A DNA stretch of 64,000 bases from Lama glama (lineage: Eukaryota). The notes under the pieces are model-generated. The model had not been told where the DNA came from. It did no database searches and saw only the letters and a program-made list of their open reading frames with translations. The stretch lies in NCBI GenBank assembly GCA_028534125.1, contig JAPYYK010000086.1, positions 4,216,001 through 4,280,000 on the forward strand. The letters run 5' to 3'. Position numbers and translations under genes: made by a program. This document shows positions 13,501 through 24,490 of the stretch, in pieces (position 1 is the stretch's first letter; each line of letters starts with the position of its first letter).

Positions 13501-15127
13501 AATGTGAGTTTTGTTCACTCGCTGCCTCGCAGCATGAGGATGGGTACCTCCCCTCCAGGAATGTGGATGCCCTCGGTGCAGGATTTTGCACGTGACTGCC
13601 AGGCCTCTGAACCAACAGTGGAACGGAAGTCACCTTTAGCCAGCCCAGGCAGGCAATCACTACATGCCTCCAGTAAACCAAAGCCTGGTCTCCTAGCACA
13701 AATCGCCAATGGGGATGGGAGATGGTGAACCTTATCAGCCTCCTATCAGAAAGCCCTCCAAGCTGGACTTCACACACCTCTTGAGTCTAAGAAGAAATTA
13801 GAAATTCCAAGGGAAGAATCTGTGACTTTTCTACACAATGATAGTTCAGAATCATATACCATCTTATCCAGAGAGAGGTTTCACTTCCATGAAAGACTCA
13901 GTATCAAAGAAAGGCAGGCTTTGTTTTTGAGAACCAACACTTGGTTTTTTACCCTTTTTTTTCAAAAGCGTTGTGTGCCAACTCTGCTCCAAGCATGCTA
14001 ATTACTTTCCAGCAGTCATCTCAAGGAACCCTTGAATGACAACTTTATGAAGAGGTACAACTATGATCACCATTTCCAGGTCACCACACAGAGTTATCTG
14101 GCTCTAAAGTTCACACGGGCAATGACCTTGTGTCCTCAGGAGAACCTCCTTCAGATAAATCTACAGATAAACAAAAAGAGTATTTCCCAGAGTGTGGGAC
14201 TGTACCTCTGGCTGTTTGAAGATAACTTATGTTGTTCATGACATCAAGTAACATTGATTAACATTGAAAGGAAATGACCCCCTTCCCTTTTTTGTACCAC
14301 AAGAATGTCTCAGCCTGGTATTAGCATCTCTTAACTCCTGTGACACTTTTTAATCCCCCAGAAAGCAGACCTCAGGCTATGATAAGATTTCTGTTCTCCA
14401 TACTATCTGGCTAGAAATTAATAGCCTGCTTTCAGTGTATATATATATATTTTTTAATTACTTTCTAGCTACTGCTGTACTTCTGTTTATGGGAGTGGGA
14501 TACATGTCTCCTTTTTAAATAACTTTATTTCCATTTATTATAAATGTATTTCTATTAAAAGTAACTTTAAGGTGTCCACCTATAACTATTATATGTAAAT
14601 TAAAAATAAATAAATAGGAAGAGGAGGAAAGGGATTCCTACTAGGAAAACAAGACGTGGTCAGAGTTTTCCTTAGCAAGTCTGCACATGAGGCTCCCCGC
14701 ATGTGAAGTCGGGATGAAAGCAGAGTTAGGAGGACAACCAGTGGAGGAGTGAGCGAGCTGGAGCTGTCTTGGGTGGCTCCCAGGTTTTAGATTACGTACA
14801 ACTTTTCTCAAGCCAGATTCCTAGAAGCATCAAAAGCTCTGATGTAGAGAGATGTCTACCGTATATAGTAAATTAATTCACTATTCTCCTAAGCATCTAG
14901 GGTGGTTCTACGTGGGAAGAAAAATTAGCTTTGAGGAACGTTAGTGAGTAAATAATAGTACAGGTGGTGTAAAAATGATCAAAAGTGGGCATGAGCGATG
15001 AGCAAAACCATAAATGGGGCGCATTTTAGACTAAAATTCGAGACATTGTCCAGTGAAATACATTAGAGGTGCCATAGCAGAAGCCACTGTAAAGGGTGAA
15101 TCCTGCCTCAAGTACGAGCCGGGGTCC

Positions 15128-15335
15128 CAGCGGTTTTCCATCAGGGGTGGTTCTGTCCCCCTGGGGTGTTTGGCGCTGTCTGGATGCGTTTGGGGGATGA
15201 GGACAGGTGTTGTGCTGCTCGGATCTAGTGGGCAGAGACCAGGAACGTTGCTAAACACCCGGCAGTGCGCAGGGCAGCCCCCCGCAAACGGTCGTCCACC
15301 CCGTCATGTCAGTAGTACCAAGGGGAGAGACCCTG
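15128..15335 (+). mobile_element. MER20 (hAT-Charlie MITE)
   Basis: cagcggttttccatcaggggtggttctgtccccctgggg...atctagtgggcagagaccagg..gttgctaaacacc...atgtcagtagtaccaagg..gagaccctg. Confidence 0.8.
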
Positions 15336-16349
15336 CTCTGGCCTGACCGTCAGTGTCGGAGGCGATTCAGCTGCTGCTGCTCATCTTATCTGAAGGCCAC
15401 GTCCCTGTTTGATAAAGTTCATATATCACCTTATGGTGGGTGATTTGACCTTTGGTTGCAATTTTCTGCTTGTTTCAGACACATTTGATTACAAACTTCT
15501 TCTGTTTTAGCCTTTAATTCAGAGGGTGTCCCAGCAGAGAGCTGCAGTCTTGCCCCTGGTCCTGTTATAACTAGGTGTGGGGGGAGGGGGGCTCTCACTA
15601 GCCATTTTTTAATTGTTTCAGCCTTAAAAAGGAATCTCATGTGGGTGGTTCTGATCAAAGGAGCATGATAGTTTTTATTATGGCTGTTTGGACCATTTCA
15701 TTGCAGATTTTCCTGCAATTTTAATCTTTTAGTTTATTTTTACTCTTTTACTTGTAATCTGTGTTTTACTTTTAACAATCTTTCTGTAATGACAAATAAC
15801 TTGCAGCATGCAATTAAATAGGTGTGCTGTCAGCATTCTGAACCTCGGCTTCTTTTATTAAAGAATGCAGAGAGGCCTGGTCTAAAATTGTACCAACCGT
15901 GGTCCATACCCAGAGATTGCATTTTCAGACTCATTACTTGAAGTTCATTTTCTTGTCTCTTTCTCCTCAATATAAACTTCAGAAAACAAAATTAGTTCAT
16001 TGAAGATTTTGATCACTAGGGAGATGAAAAATCAGAGATTTTCTATAATGACAATACCCTATATTCTGTGAAAAATACTTACTCGTATCACTCACTAAAA
16101 TGGAGAAGAGTCATGTAAAAGGCTAGAAATTCATTTTTATAAGAATATTTAATTGCTTGGTTTTTAACCCTAGAATCACTTAAGGGTGGAGAATCTTGGA
16201 AACAGAAAAATACTTACTAATGATTGACTATTTATAAAACTAGCCCCATCCACAGACTCAGACAGTATTTGTCCGTGTTGAGTGGTATCTCATTGACTGA
16301 ATATTTAACAATTCTGTGCTTCAACAGTGCAAAGCAATTACAAAATAAA

Positions 16350-16760
16350 ATTGAAAATCTGACAAATCTTGCCCCCAAAATGCAGGGTTGCAGAAAGCCA
16401 GTAAAAGAGAAGGAACACTATTCTAATTGAACACAAAGCCATCAACACATGAGGGTCTGAGAGAGTCAGACAGTGAACAATTAAGAGAAAATTGACCAGA
16501 ATGATTACGAGATAACTGCTTCTGAAGAGAAAGATTTAAATATCAAAGACAAAGAGAGAATCTTGGGGAAATTGATGGAGCCTTCAAGCCCTTATGCAGA
16601 AGTGACCCTCTTGATTATCACACTGTGAAACGCAAACATGAAATAAAGGAAATTCTATCACTCTGCTGCTCAAATTGATCAGAAAAGAACTATTCTCACC
16701 CCCAAATAATCAATGCTGGGTTCAGGCTGTGCTCATTCTGACATTTTGTGCATCGTTCCA
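16350..16760 (+). mobile_element. Ancient Tigger (TcMar/pogo) transposase C-terminal remnant
   Basis: Frameshifted translation ...KDLNIKD / LGEIDGAFKPLCRSDPLDYHTVKRKHEIKEILSLCCSN*SEK resembles the Tigger transposase C-terminus (recalled motif). Confidence 0.5.
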
Positions 16761-17617
16761 TTTATAACTTAAATATTGTTCATGCTGCAACAAAATTTTG
16801 TAATTTGGGTTTCATTTTTCTTACCCTTCCCATCAAACATTTCATTCTTTGCTCTGAATTTTTGGTTCCCATTTTAAGGGCGTTCATTTTAAATGGTCCT
16901 TTTCCAATACCAACTATCCTTGGACAACTATCACCTTTTGTAACAGAATGTCGTAAAATTGTAGAGTTGAAAGAACTTCTAGAAGCCAGCAAGTTCACTA
17001 CCCTTTTTCAAATAAAGATATTACGACTGAATGAGATTGCCACCTGTCCCAAGGTTATAAACTACAGAGAACATTTTAATGGAGTATAAAATCACTATAA
17101 GCCTATAACATACTTTCCAGGCAGGAAGGATAACGCTTTTGAAGACCCTTTGATGGTGCTTCTGAATTTGAAGTCATTTACTCATATAAGAGCAATAAGT
17201 ATAACTATTTCTGCTCATGTTTTTATCCGTCCCCTTTATGTTTTTGGTAAATAGTTTGGAGAATAGGAATTATGAGTCCCTTGTCTACCACTTCCTCTGG
17301 ATTTCTCGTTCTCTGCTCCTCCTGAAAATGTGATCCAGCTCAGTGTTTATTTTTATTTCCTCCTTCGCTTAGTGTAATCTGTGATAGATCACTCTGTAAT
17401 TAATTCAAATTACCAACATATCATTATGATAATCTTTTCAACTATCCTGAAATGAATGTGGTCCTGATTTGACGAGTTCTCCCTGTCTGGTAGAAGAAAC
17501 CATATGACTGCATCTGCTTTTCTCTTGCTCCGAGGATGATGAAGTATGTTCTCATGGTGTTTTTTTTTTTCCCATTTCCACCTCTCACCCCATTTATCCC
17601 AGGCTTCTCAAACTGGT

Positions 17618-18085
17618 GATTCATGAGCCAGAGATGGCCCAGAAACATGTTTTTCCCCAAACCAATGTCATTTAAAAATTTTTCTATTAGTAGACAGCTT
17701 CAAAAATTGGAATATTTATATAAATCCAAACGTCTAGCTTCTTTTTTTTTTCAAAAGGGCAAATCTTGAAGTATTGCTTTGCCACATGCACCTGTCAGCC
17801 AAGGCTTGGTAACAGTTGGCCCCTTTCTACAGAGCACCAGCTTTGCAGTGTGCCTCAGGGCCATCAAGTCCTATTGCCTCTGTAAACAGAAGGCATCATT
17901 TACTATTTTGTATTTCTGTGCTTCTTTTTCTTACAATAGAGTTAGGGTGAAATAGTTCGTGTGTCTGTGTCCCTAGAGGAGAGAAGACAGAGAGGGCTGC
18001 ATGTCTCACAGATAGGAGGGAGCCTTCTCATACTCACTAGTTTCCCCCAAGACTCCTGTAGGCACTCCACTTGACACTCTCTGTT
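17618..18085. mobile_element. hAT-Charlie-type DNA transposon remnant (MER102/MER115-like)
   Basis: Terminus ccaggcttctcaaactggtgattcatgagccaga and opposite end ...cacttgacactctctg. Confidence 0.45.
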
Positions 18086-18163
18086 CTTATCTATGGTTCC
18101 CCATCAGTGTTTGTATTTGGGTTCTCGAGAGAAACAGAATCATCAGTGTGCGTGTATGTGTAG

Positions 18164-18366
18164 TTGTTGTTGTTGATATTGTTGTGTGTTTTTCTTGTTT
18201 TTAATTGAAGCTCCCTTACTGGTCCTGCTTCTGTGAGTGGCTGTGGCCGGGGGAAATGGGGAGGGGAATCAGGCAGCGCCAGGAGGGGTCATCTCCCCAA
18301 CATTCCATTTATTCACAGAGCTAGACAGACAAGCACAGAGTCACTGCTGCGGTTAGAAGTTGGCAG
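18164..18366 (-). pseudogene. CFL1: 5'-truncated processed pseudogene fragment of cofilin-1 (distal 3'UTR plus A-rich tail)
   Basis: Reverse strand reads CTGCCAACTTCTAACCGCAGCAGTGACTCTGTGCTTGTCTGTCTAGCTCTGTGAATAAATGGAATGTTGGGGAGATGACCCCTCC...GAAGCAGGACCAGTAAGGGAGCTTCAATTAAAAA, which I recognise from memory as the end of the mammalian CFL1 3'UTR, followed by a degraded A/CAA tail. Confidence 0.8.
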
Positions 18367-18697
18367 TTTTTAAAATGACGCAAATGAACTTATTTATGAA
18401 ACAGAAATAGACCCTCAGACACAGAAAACAAACTTTTGGTTATCAGGGAGGAAAAGGGGTGGGAAGGGATAAACTGGGAGTTTGAGATTTGCAGATACTA
18501 ATTACTATATGTAAGACAGATAAACAAGTTTCTACTGTGTAGCACAGGGAACTATATTCAATATCTTGTAGTAACCTATAATGAAAAAGAATATGAAAAC
18601 AATTATATGTACGTATATGTGTGACTGAAACATTACTCTGTACACCAGAAATTGAGATAACATTGTAAACTGACTACACATCAATTTAAAAAAAAAA
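18367..18697 (+). mobile_element. Artiodactyl/camelid-type L1 3' end with short poly(A)
   Basis: aaatgaacttatttatgaaacagaaatagac...gggataaactgggagtttgagatttgcagatac...tagcacagggaactatattcaatatcttgtagtaacctataatg...tgtacaccagaaatt...acattgtaaactgactac then A-tail. Confidence 0.9.
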
Positions 18698-19554
18698 CCT
18701 AGATAGCAGTTCATGTGATTATGGAAGCTGGGAAGTTCCACATCTGCTGTCTGCGATCTGGAGTAATAGGAGACTGGTGCTGTGTTTCGAAGGCCTGAGA
18801 GACGGAGACCCCGCTCCCCACCCGGTATATATTCCAGTCCAGGTCTGAAGACCTGAGAACTGAGAGCACGAAGGGCAGGGGAAGATGAATGTTACAGCTC
18901 AAGCGGTCAGGCAGGGCTAATTCAAACTTCTTCTGCCTTTTGTTCTATTCAGGCCCTCAGCAGATTGGGTGATGCCCTCCCACCCTGGGGAGAGCCATAT
19001 GGTTTACTCCGTCCACCGATTCAAATGCTAATCTCATCTGCAAGCACCCTCACAGACACGCAGAAGTTATGTTCCATTCGCTATCCGGGCATCCTCGGAC
19101 CCAGTCAAGCTGACACATAAAACAAACCATCACAGTGTTCTTGTTCGGGGGATGAACAGTATGAATCAGTACATGAATTAATGTGGAAGGAGAGTGTGTA
19201 CATGTTTTACAGTCCAAGGTAGCCTGTCTGTGGGGACAGTCCACGGTGACTGGAAGTGTATACCACGAATCTTAAAACCGAGCCTTTCTTGTACCGATCT
19301 GCTGGATGTATGCTCATCAGGTGGTTTATTCCCAATCTCATGCCGTTTCCAGGGAATTTTGCATTCTGCCAGAAAATTTATGTAAAAAAAAGGACCAGAC
19401 AGCATAAGTTATCTCTTGTATTTAGTGCTTTCGAATCATCCTGGATTTATTTACTCGTTTTTTCACTTCCTTCCCTCCTTCTTAAGCTCATCGTAAGGAG
19501 GTCTCATCCTATTTTAAACTGTTTTCAGCTTAAATGGAAACATTTGCCTGCTTA

Positions 19555-20975
19555 TCTTTTCTTTATTTTGAAGTAACATTGACATACAAGGTTATATTAG
19601 TTTCAGGTGTACAACATAATGATTGGACACTTGTGTACATCATGAAATGTTCACAGTAAGTCTAGTTGCCATCTGTCCCTGTACAGAGTTGCATGTTTGT
19701 TTCCTTATGATGAGAACTTTTCAGATTTACTTCCAAATTTAGAATACAGTATTATTGACTGTAGTCAGTCACCATGCTGTCTGTACATCACATCCCCATG
19801 ACTTACTTACTTTATAACTAGAAACTTGATTCCTTTCACCCTTTTTACCCATCCCCCAGCCCCCCCTTCCCTCTGGCAACTACCAATCTGTTCTCTATAT
19901 CTATGAGTTTTGTCTGTTTATTGGTTTGTTTTTTATAGTCTACATATAGGTGAAATCATAGGGTATCTGTCTGTCTCTGATTTATTTCACTCAGTATGAT
20001 ACTCTCAAGATCCATTCATGTTGTCACAGATGGCAGGGTTTCATTCTTTCTTACGGCTGCGTAACAGTTCGTCGTGTGTCTTTTTACCACATCACCTTTG
20101 CTTATTCACCCGTTAATGGCCATGTAGGTGGCTTTCATATCCTGACTGTTGTAAACAGTGCTACAGTGATCATAGGGGTGCACGTATCTTTTTGAATTGA
20201 TGTTTTCATTTTCTTCAGATGAATGCCCAGAAGTGGAATGGCTGGATTGTATGATAATTCTATTTTTAGTTTTTTGAGGAACCTCCATACTGTTTCCTAT
20301 AGTGGCTGCACCAGTTTACATTCAAACCAGTAGTGCACAAATGTTCCTTTTCTCTACATCCTTGTCAACACTTGTTATAACACCTGTCTTTTTGATCCTA
20401 GCCATTCCAACAGGAGTGAATTGGTGTCTCATTGTGGTTTTGATTTGCATTTCCCTGATGGTCAGTGATGTGGAGGATCTTTTCATGTACCTGTTGACCA
20501 TCTGTTGTCTTCTTTGGAAAAATGTCTCTTCAGATCCTCTGCCCCTTTTAAAATCAGATTGTTTGGGGGGTGGTTGTTGTTATTGACGTATGAGTTCTTT
20601 ATATAGTTCGGGTATTAACCCCTTGTTGGACGTACAATTAGCAAATACCTTCTCCCGTGCAGCAGGTTGCCCTTCAATGTTGTCGATGGCTTCCTTTGCC
20701 GTGCAGAAGCTTTTTAGTGTGATGTGGTCCCATTGGTTTATTTTTGCTTTTGTTGTCATAGACTTTGGAGTCATACCCAAAAAATATATGTTGTCAGGGA
20801 GCTTTCTGTCTGTGTTTTCTTCCAGAACCTTTATGGTTTCTGGTCTTACATTCAAGGTTTTCATCCATTTTGAGTTAATTTTTGTGTATGGTGTAAGACA
20901 ACGGTCCAGCTTTCCCGGTACCGTTTATTGACGAGACTGTCTTTTCCCCAGTGTATATTCTTGCCCGCTTGTCTT
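19555..20975 (-). mobile_element. L1 (L1MA9-like) 3' ~1.4 kb
   Basis: Minus-strand ORF 20580-20864 ([17 protein letters not shown]...[21 protein letters not shown]) and ORF 20106-20288 are L1 ORF2-derived; L1MA-type 3'UTR. Confidence 0.9.
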
Positions 20976-21919
20976 GATAAGAGCAGACTAGTGCCTTTTT
21001 ACTTCTTCCCAAGGAAAGAAATCTGTAGAATGTGTGAAACTGTTGATAGCAGGTCCCAATTCCCAACAGGCTGACTGCTTGTTTACTTAACATTCTGCTT
21101 TGGGGGCCACACTGAGGAGCCCTAAAGTCAAGTCCATAATCGAAGCTCTAGCAGAATATTCTACAGGGCAGCCTGCAATCATGCAGATAATGGCTGTGCA
21201 AGAGGGGTAAAAGCTCTTTGGCACGTTTATATCTGACCTCTGTCGATTAACCTCAAGGAAAGGTAATGACACTTGCACTCATGAGAGATTATATTGTCTA
21301 CTTCAGGATAAATCTGTTTAGTGAATAAGTAATAAGCAAATTGTTAATGAAAATGAAATTCCTGGGGACGCTTCAGAAAAAGTTTAAAATCACAAGTTGG
21401 AAATGTGTTTACCGCTTGTGAATGATAATCGGCTCACAGTTTCTGAGCCGGAAAGTTCCTTCATCACTACGTAATGCACTAGGAAGAAAACAAACCACTG
21501 CCACAAACTCTGCCACAACCCACGTTGACTGAATATGGATGTCTAGAGTCCAGCTTCAACCGGCTGTATTAAAATGCCCTGGAGACAATATCAGACAGTC
21601 CTTAATGCCCTTGGAAGGAGGGGTGAAACAGACAGAGATAAAATAGCCATGATCATTTAAAAAACCTTTGTGTTGGGTGGGGTGTAGGATTGTGAGAGGG
21701 GTAGAGAAGGTGAATCGCGGTGAGGGGGATTAATCTGTGCTGTTTGCCTGTTTACAATGGGGCGAGACACAGGTTCAATGGAAGAGCTTACGAATGCTTC
21801 GCTCAGCCCTTGTGAGGCCCGCCCCCGCCCCCAGCCGTTCCTTCTGGCCGTCGGGAGCCGTCACCATCTGGCCTTCGCTTCTGCGCTGCAGACAGGGCTC
21901 CTCCTCCTCCCCGCGGAGC

Positions 21920-22100
21920 GTGGTAAAGCCCAGGGCTGCGGGTCTGGGTTTAATCTCTAATTCTACCCGCAACTGTCTGGGGGACTTCGGATCAGGTGAC
22001 TCAGTCTCTCTTCTCTACCTGCAAAAGGGGTCGCTCATCACAGGCTTACATGAGGATTCGGTGAGACAGTCTGTGTCGTGGGCTTAGGTCCGTGTTTGGC
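21920..22100 (+). mobile_element. MIR SINE
   Basis: gtggtaaagcccagggctgcgggtctgggtttaatc...tctctcttctctacctgcaaaagggg...tgaggattcggtgaga. Confidence 0.55.
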
Positions 22101-23439
22101 ATCCCGTGGGCGACCCGGAAGTGCAGCCAGCAGGAAGAGAAATTGCGCTCCTCTCTGTCCCCTAGCGGGTGCTCTCCCTTCAGGCTGCTGTGGGCATTTG
22201 TCTTTCCAGCTCCAAGACTCTTCCCACCCCATCTCTTCAAGTCCAAATCCATCCTTCACGTGCCTTTTCATAAAGCTTCCTGACCCCCCACCTCCTCTGA
22301 TGTCACCTTTTCCCCTCCTGCTTCCTCTTCTTTTCCCTGGAAGACACACAGCCATTGACCCGGAGCTCCGTGAGGACCAGAGGCATCTTCCCAGCACCTT
22401 TGTTATAGTCACAGTGGCAGTGGCAGCGTCCAGGGGTATTAGGTGCTGTGTAAACGCTAGGTGATGAGCGAGGCAGAGAGAAAGGAAAAGGTGAAATGAG
22501 GGGAGAAGAATGAGCGCCAGAGAGAGAAGAGGCAGGTGGAAAGTAAGAACAGAAAAGCATACAAAAGGAGCATCCCGGCCGCCCCCCCCCCCAAGAGGGC
22601 CAAGGAAGGGAGGATTGGGGGGGGGGAAGGAAAGGCGGATTGGAGGTAGGTGACTGTGGTTTTCCCTCTGCAGTGGCTGCTGCCAGCCAGTAACTGGCTC
22701 CTACAGCTCTTCAGTGGGATCTCTGCTGGCATAAAGCCGCTCTGTGTAAACAGTATCCCTGTGTGGTCATCAGAGAATGTGCAATAGGCTCTCTGTGTGA
22801 GCAAACGTATAATAGACTCTCTGATGCAGTTGCCGCTCAGACCCCCTGGCTCTTTCTGTGTGCTGCTCTAATGAAATCGCAGAATGCCTTAGAACTGGGA
22901 CCCCTGGAGTGACAGTGTTGGAAGGGATGGAGCGGGGAGGAGTAAGTCCTTCTGAGGTTCATGGGCTCTGGGGTGATGACCCCCTCCACCATCACCCCTG
23001 GACGCAGTCAGCCGCGGCGTCCGTGGAGGTCATTCTCGCCGTGGTGCTCACTCACAGTTCTGGTTTTTCCCTCACTTACACTTTATAGCTGCTGCTGCCT
23101 GTTTTCTCTAAAAGGTAGATTTGGGGAATTTTTATCTCTTTTCAGCCGTCTTGTTAGAATTTAATAATCCACTTCCAGGAGTGTCTCTGCCAGAGATTTT
23201 CATTACTTGATGTCCAAAGCAGCTGCTGGAGAGGTCCTGATAAGGAAGGTGGAGGCTGGGTGTCGCGAGGGACAGGAGAGTGGCAAACTCCTCGATTCTC
23301 CTCCTGGGCGCCCAGCTGTCTGGAGCTCAGGACTGAACCTGCAGACTTCAGAGACAGCTGTTCATGAAATGAGAAGGGGCCTTGCTCGCAAATTTTTCCA
23401 TATCAGCCTTTTGTTCTTTTTTTTATTTCAGAGTTATTT

Positions 23440-23520
23440 ATCTTTTCTCAGTTGAAGTACAGTCAGTTTACAATGTTGTGTCAATTTCTTGTGTACTGCG
23501 TAACATGTCAGTCATACATA
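23440..23520 (-). mobile_element. Camelid-type L1 extreme 3' tip
   Basis: ttgaagtacagtcagtttacaatgttgtgtcaatttcttgtgtac...cagtcatacata, the same family as the 18367-18697 element. Confidence 0.7.
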
Positions 23521-23669
23521 CTGTTCTTTGTTCATTGAAGGATCGTGAACAAAGGTAAAAGCTCAGCATACAAATGCTTTGAGATAAGAGACATGGTTTG
23601 ATGTCCTGCGAAGTGCTCAGTCTCACACTATAGACTTTACAGCCATTAGGTGCTGTAAGTTAATCCCTG

Positions 23670-24125
23670 TATCAGTCGTATTCATTTGTAGATTAACGTA
23701 TACAATAGACATGTACTAAACATCTGTGATGTCCCAAAATATGTAGAAATGGCAATTGACAAAACAAAGTCTCTGCTCCCCCCAAGACAGAAATAAACTA
23801 GTAAGTAGGTAACATGTCAGGTGGTTACCAGGGCTCTTGTGAGAATAAGCAAAGCACAGACAGGGAGAGGGGAGTACTGTGACTTTATATAAAGGAGTGA
23901 GGAAAGGCTCTCGGATCAGGTCACTGTGGAGCAAAGATCAGAAAGAACAGGGAGTAAATGCACTGGGAAGATCTGGGTACGCAAAGGGGCCAGAAGTGCA
24001 AAGGTCCTGAGACAGGGGTATGTTGCCTATTCCCCAGGAATAGAAGGAAAATGTGGTGAGAGTGGAGTGAGGAGAGGAAGTGGTAGATGTGAGGGCAGGG
24101 AGGAAGGGAGCAGCTGTACTGTGGC
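23670..24125 (-). mobile_element. L2 LINE fragment
   Basis: gacaaaacaaagtctctgct...ggaaaggctctc...gtgcaaaggtcctgagacagg typical of reverse L2. Confidence 0.6.
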
Positions 24126-24149
24126 AACATCACCCACATCTCTGCAGGC

Positions 24150-24490
24150 CAGCAGATTAAACGTTATTTCTAATCACACAAATAACAATGTGTATCAGCA
24201 GGGCTCTCCTCTATCAAATAACTCAAGGATGTAGACTCCTTTTTTCTTAAAAGGCTTGATCTAAATACCTGGCCTCCAAGGTCCCAAGACATGGGAAGAA
24301 AGCCAGAAGCTTATAAAGGATTCTTTAAGGGCCATCATTGGAAACTGCAATACCATTTTCATCCACATCCCACCAGGCAGCACGACCCCACCTAGGAGCA
24401 AAGCAGGCTGGAAAATACCGAAGTTTTCCCATGTGCCAAAGAAGAAGAAAACCAAACTGAATTTGATTATCTTATGGTCCAGTCTCTTCC
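24150..24490 (-). mobile_element. Old MLT1 (J/K-like) LTR remnant
   Basis: ggcctccaaggtc...cattttcatccacatccca...gcaaagcaggctggaaaat...cccatgtgccaaagaagaag. Confidence 0.5.

Larger units (their letters stand above)
18112..19134 (-). mobile_element. MLT2 (MLT2C/D-like, ERVL) solo LTR with 5-bp TSD, interrupted at ~18164-18700
   Basis: Ends tgtatttgggttctcgagagaaacagaa and cccagtcaagctgacacataaaacaaaccatcaca; GTGTT duplicated at 18107-18111 and 19135-19139. Confidence 0.9.
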
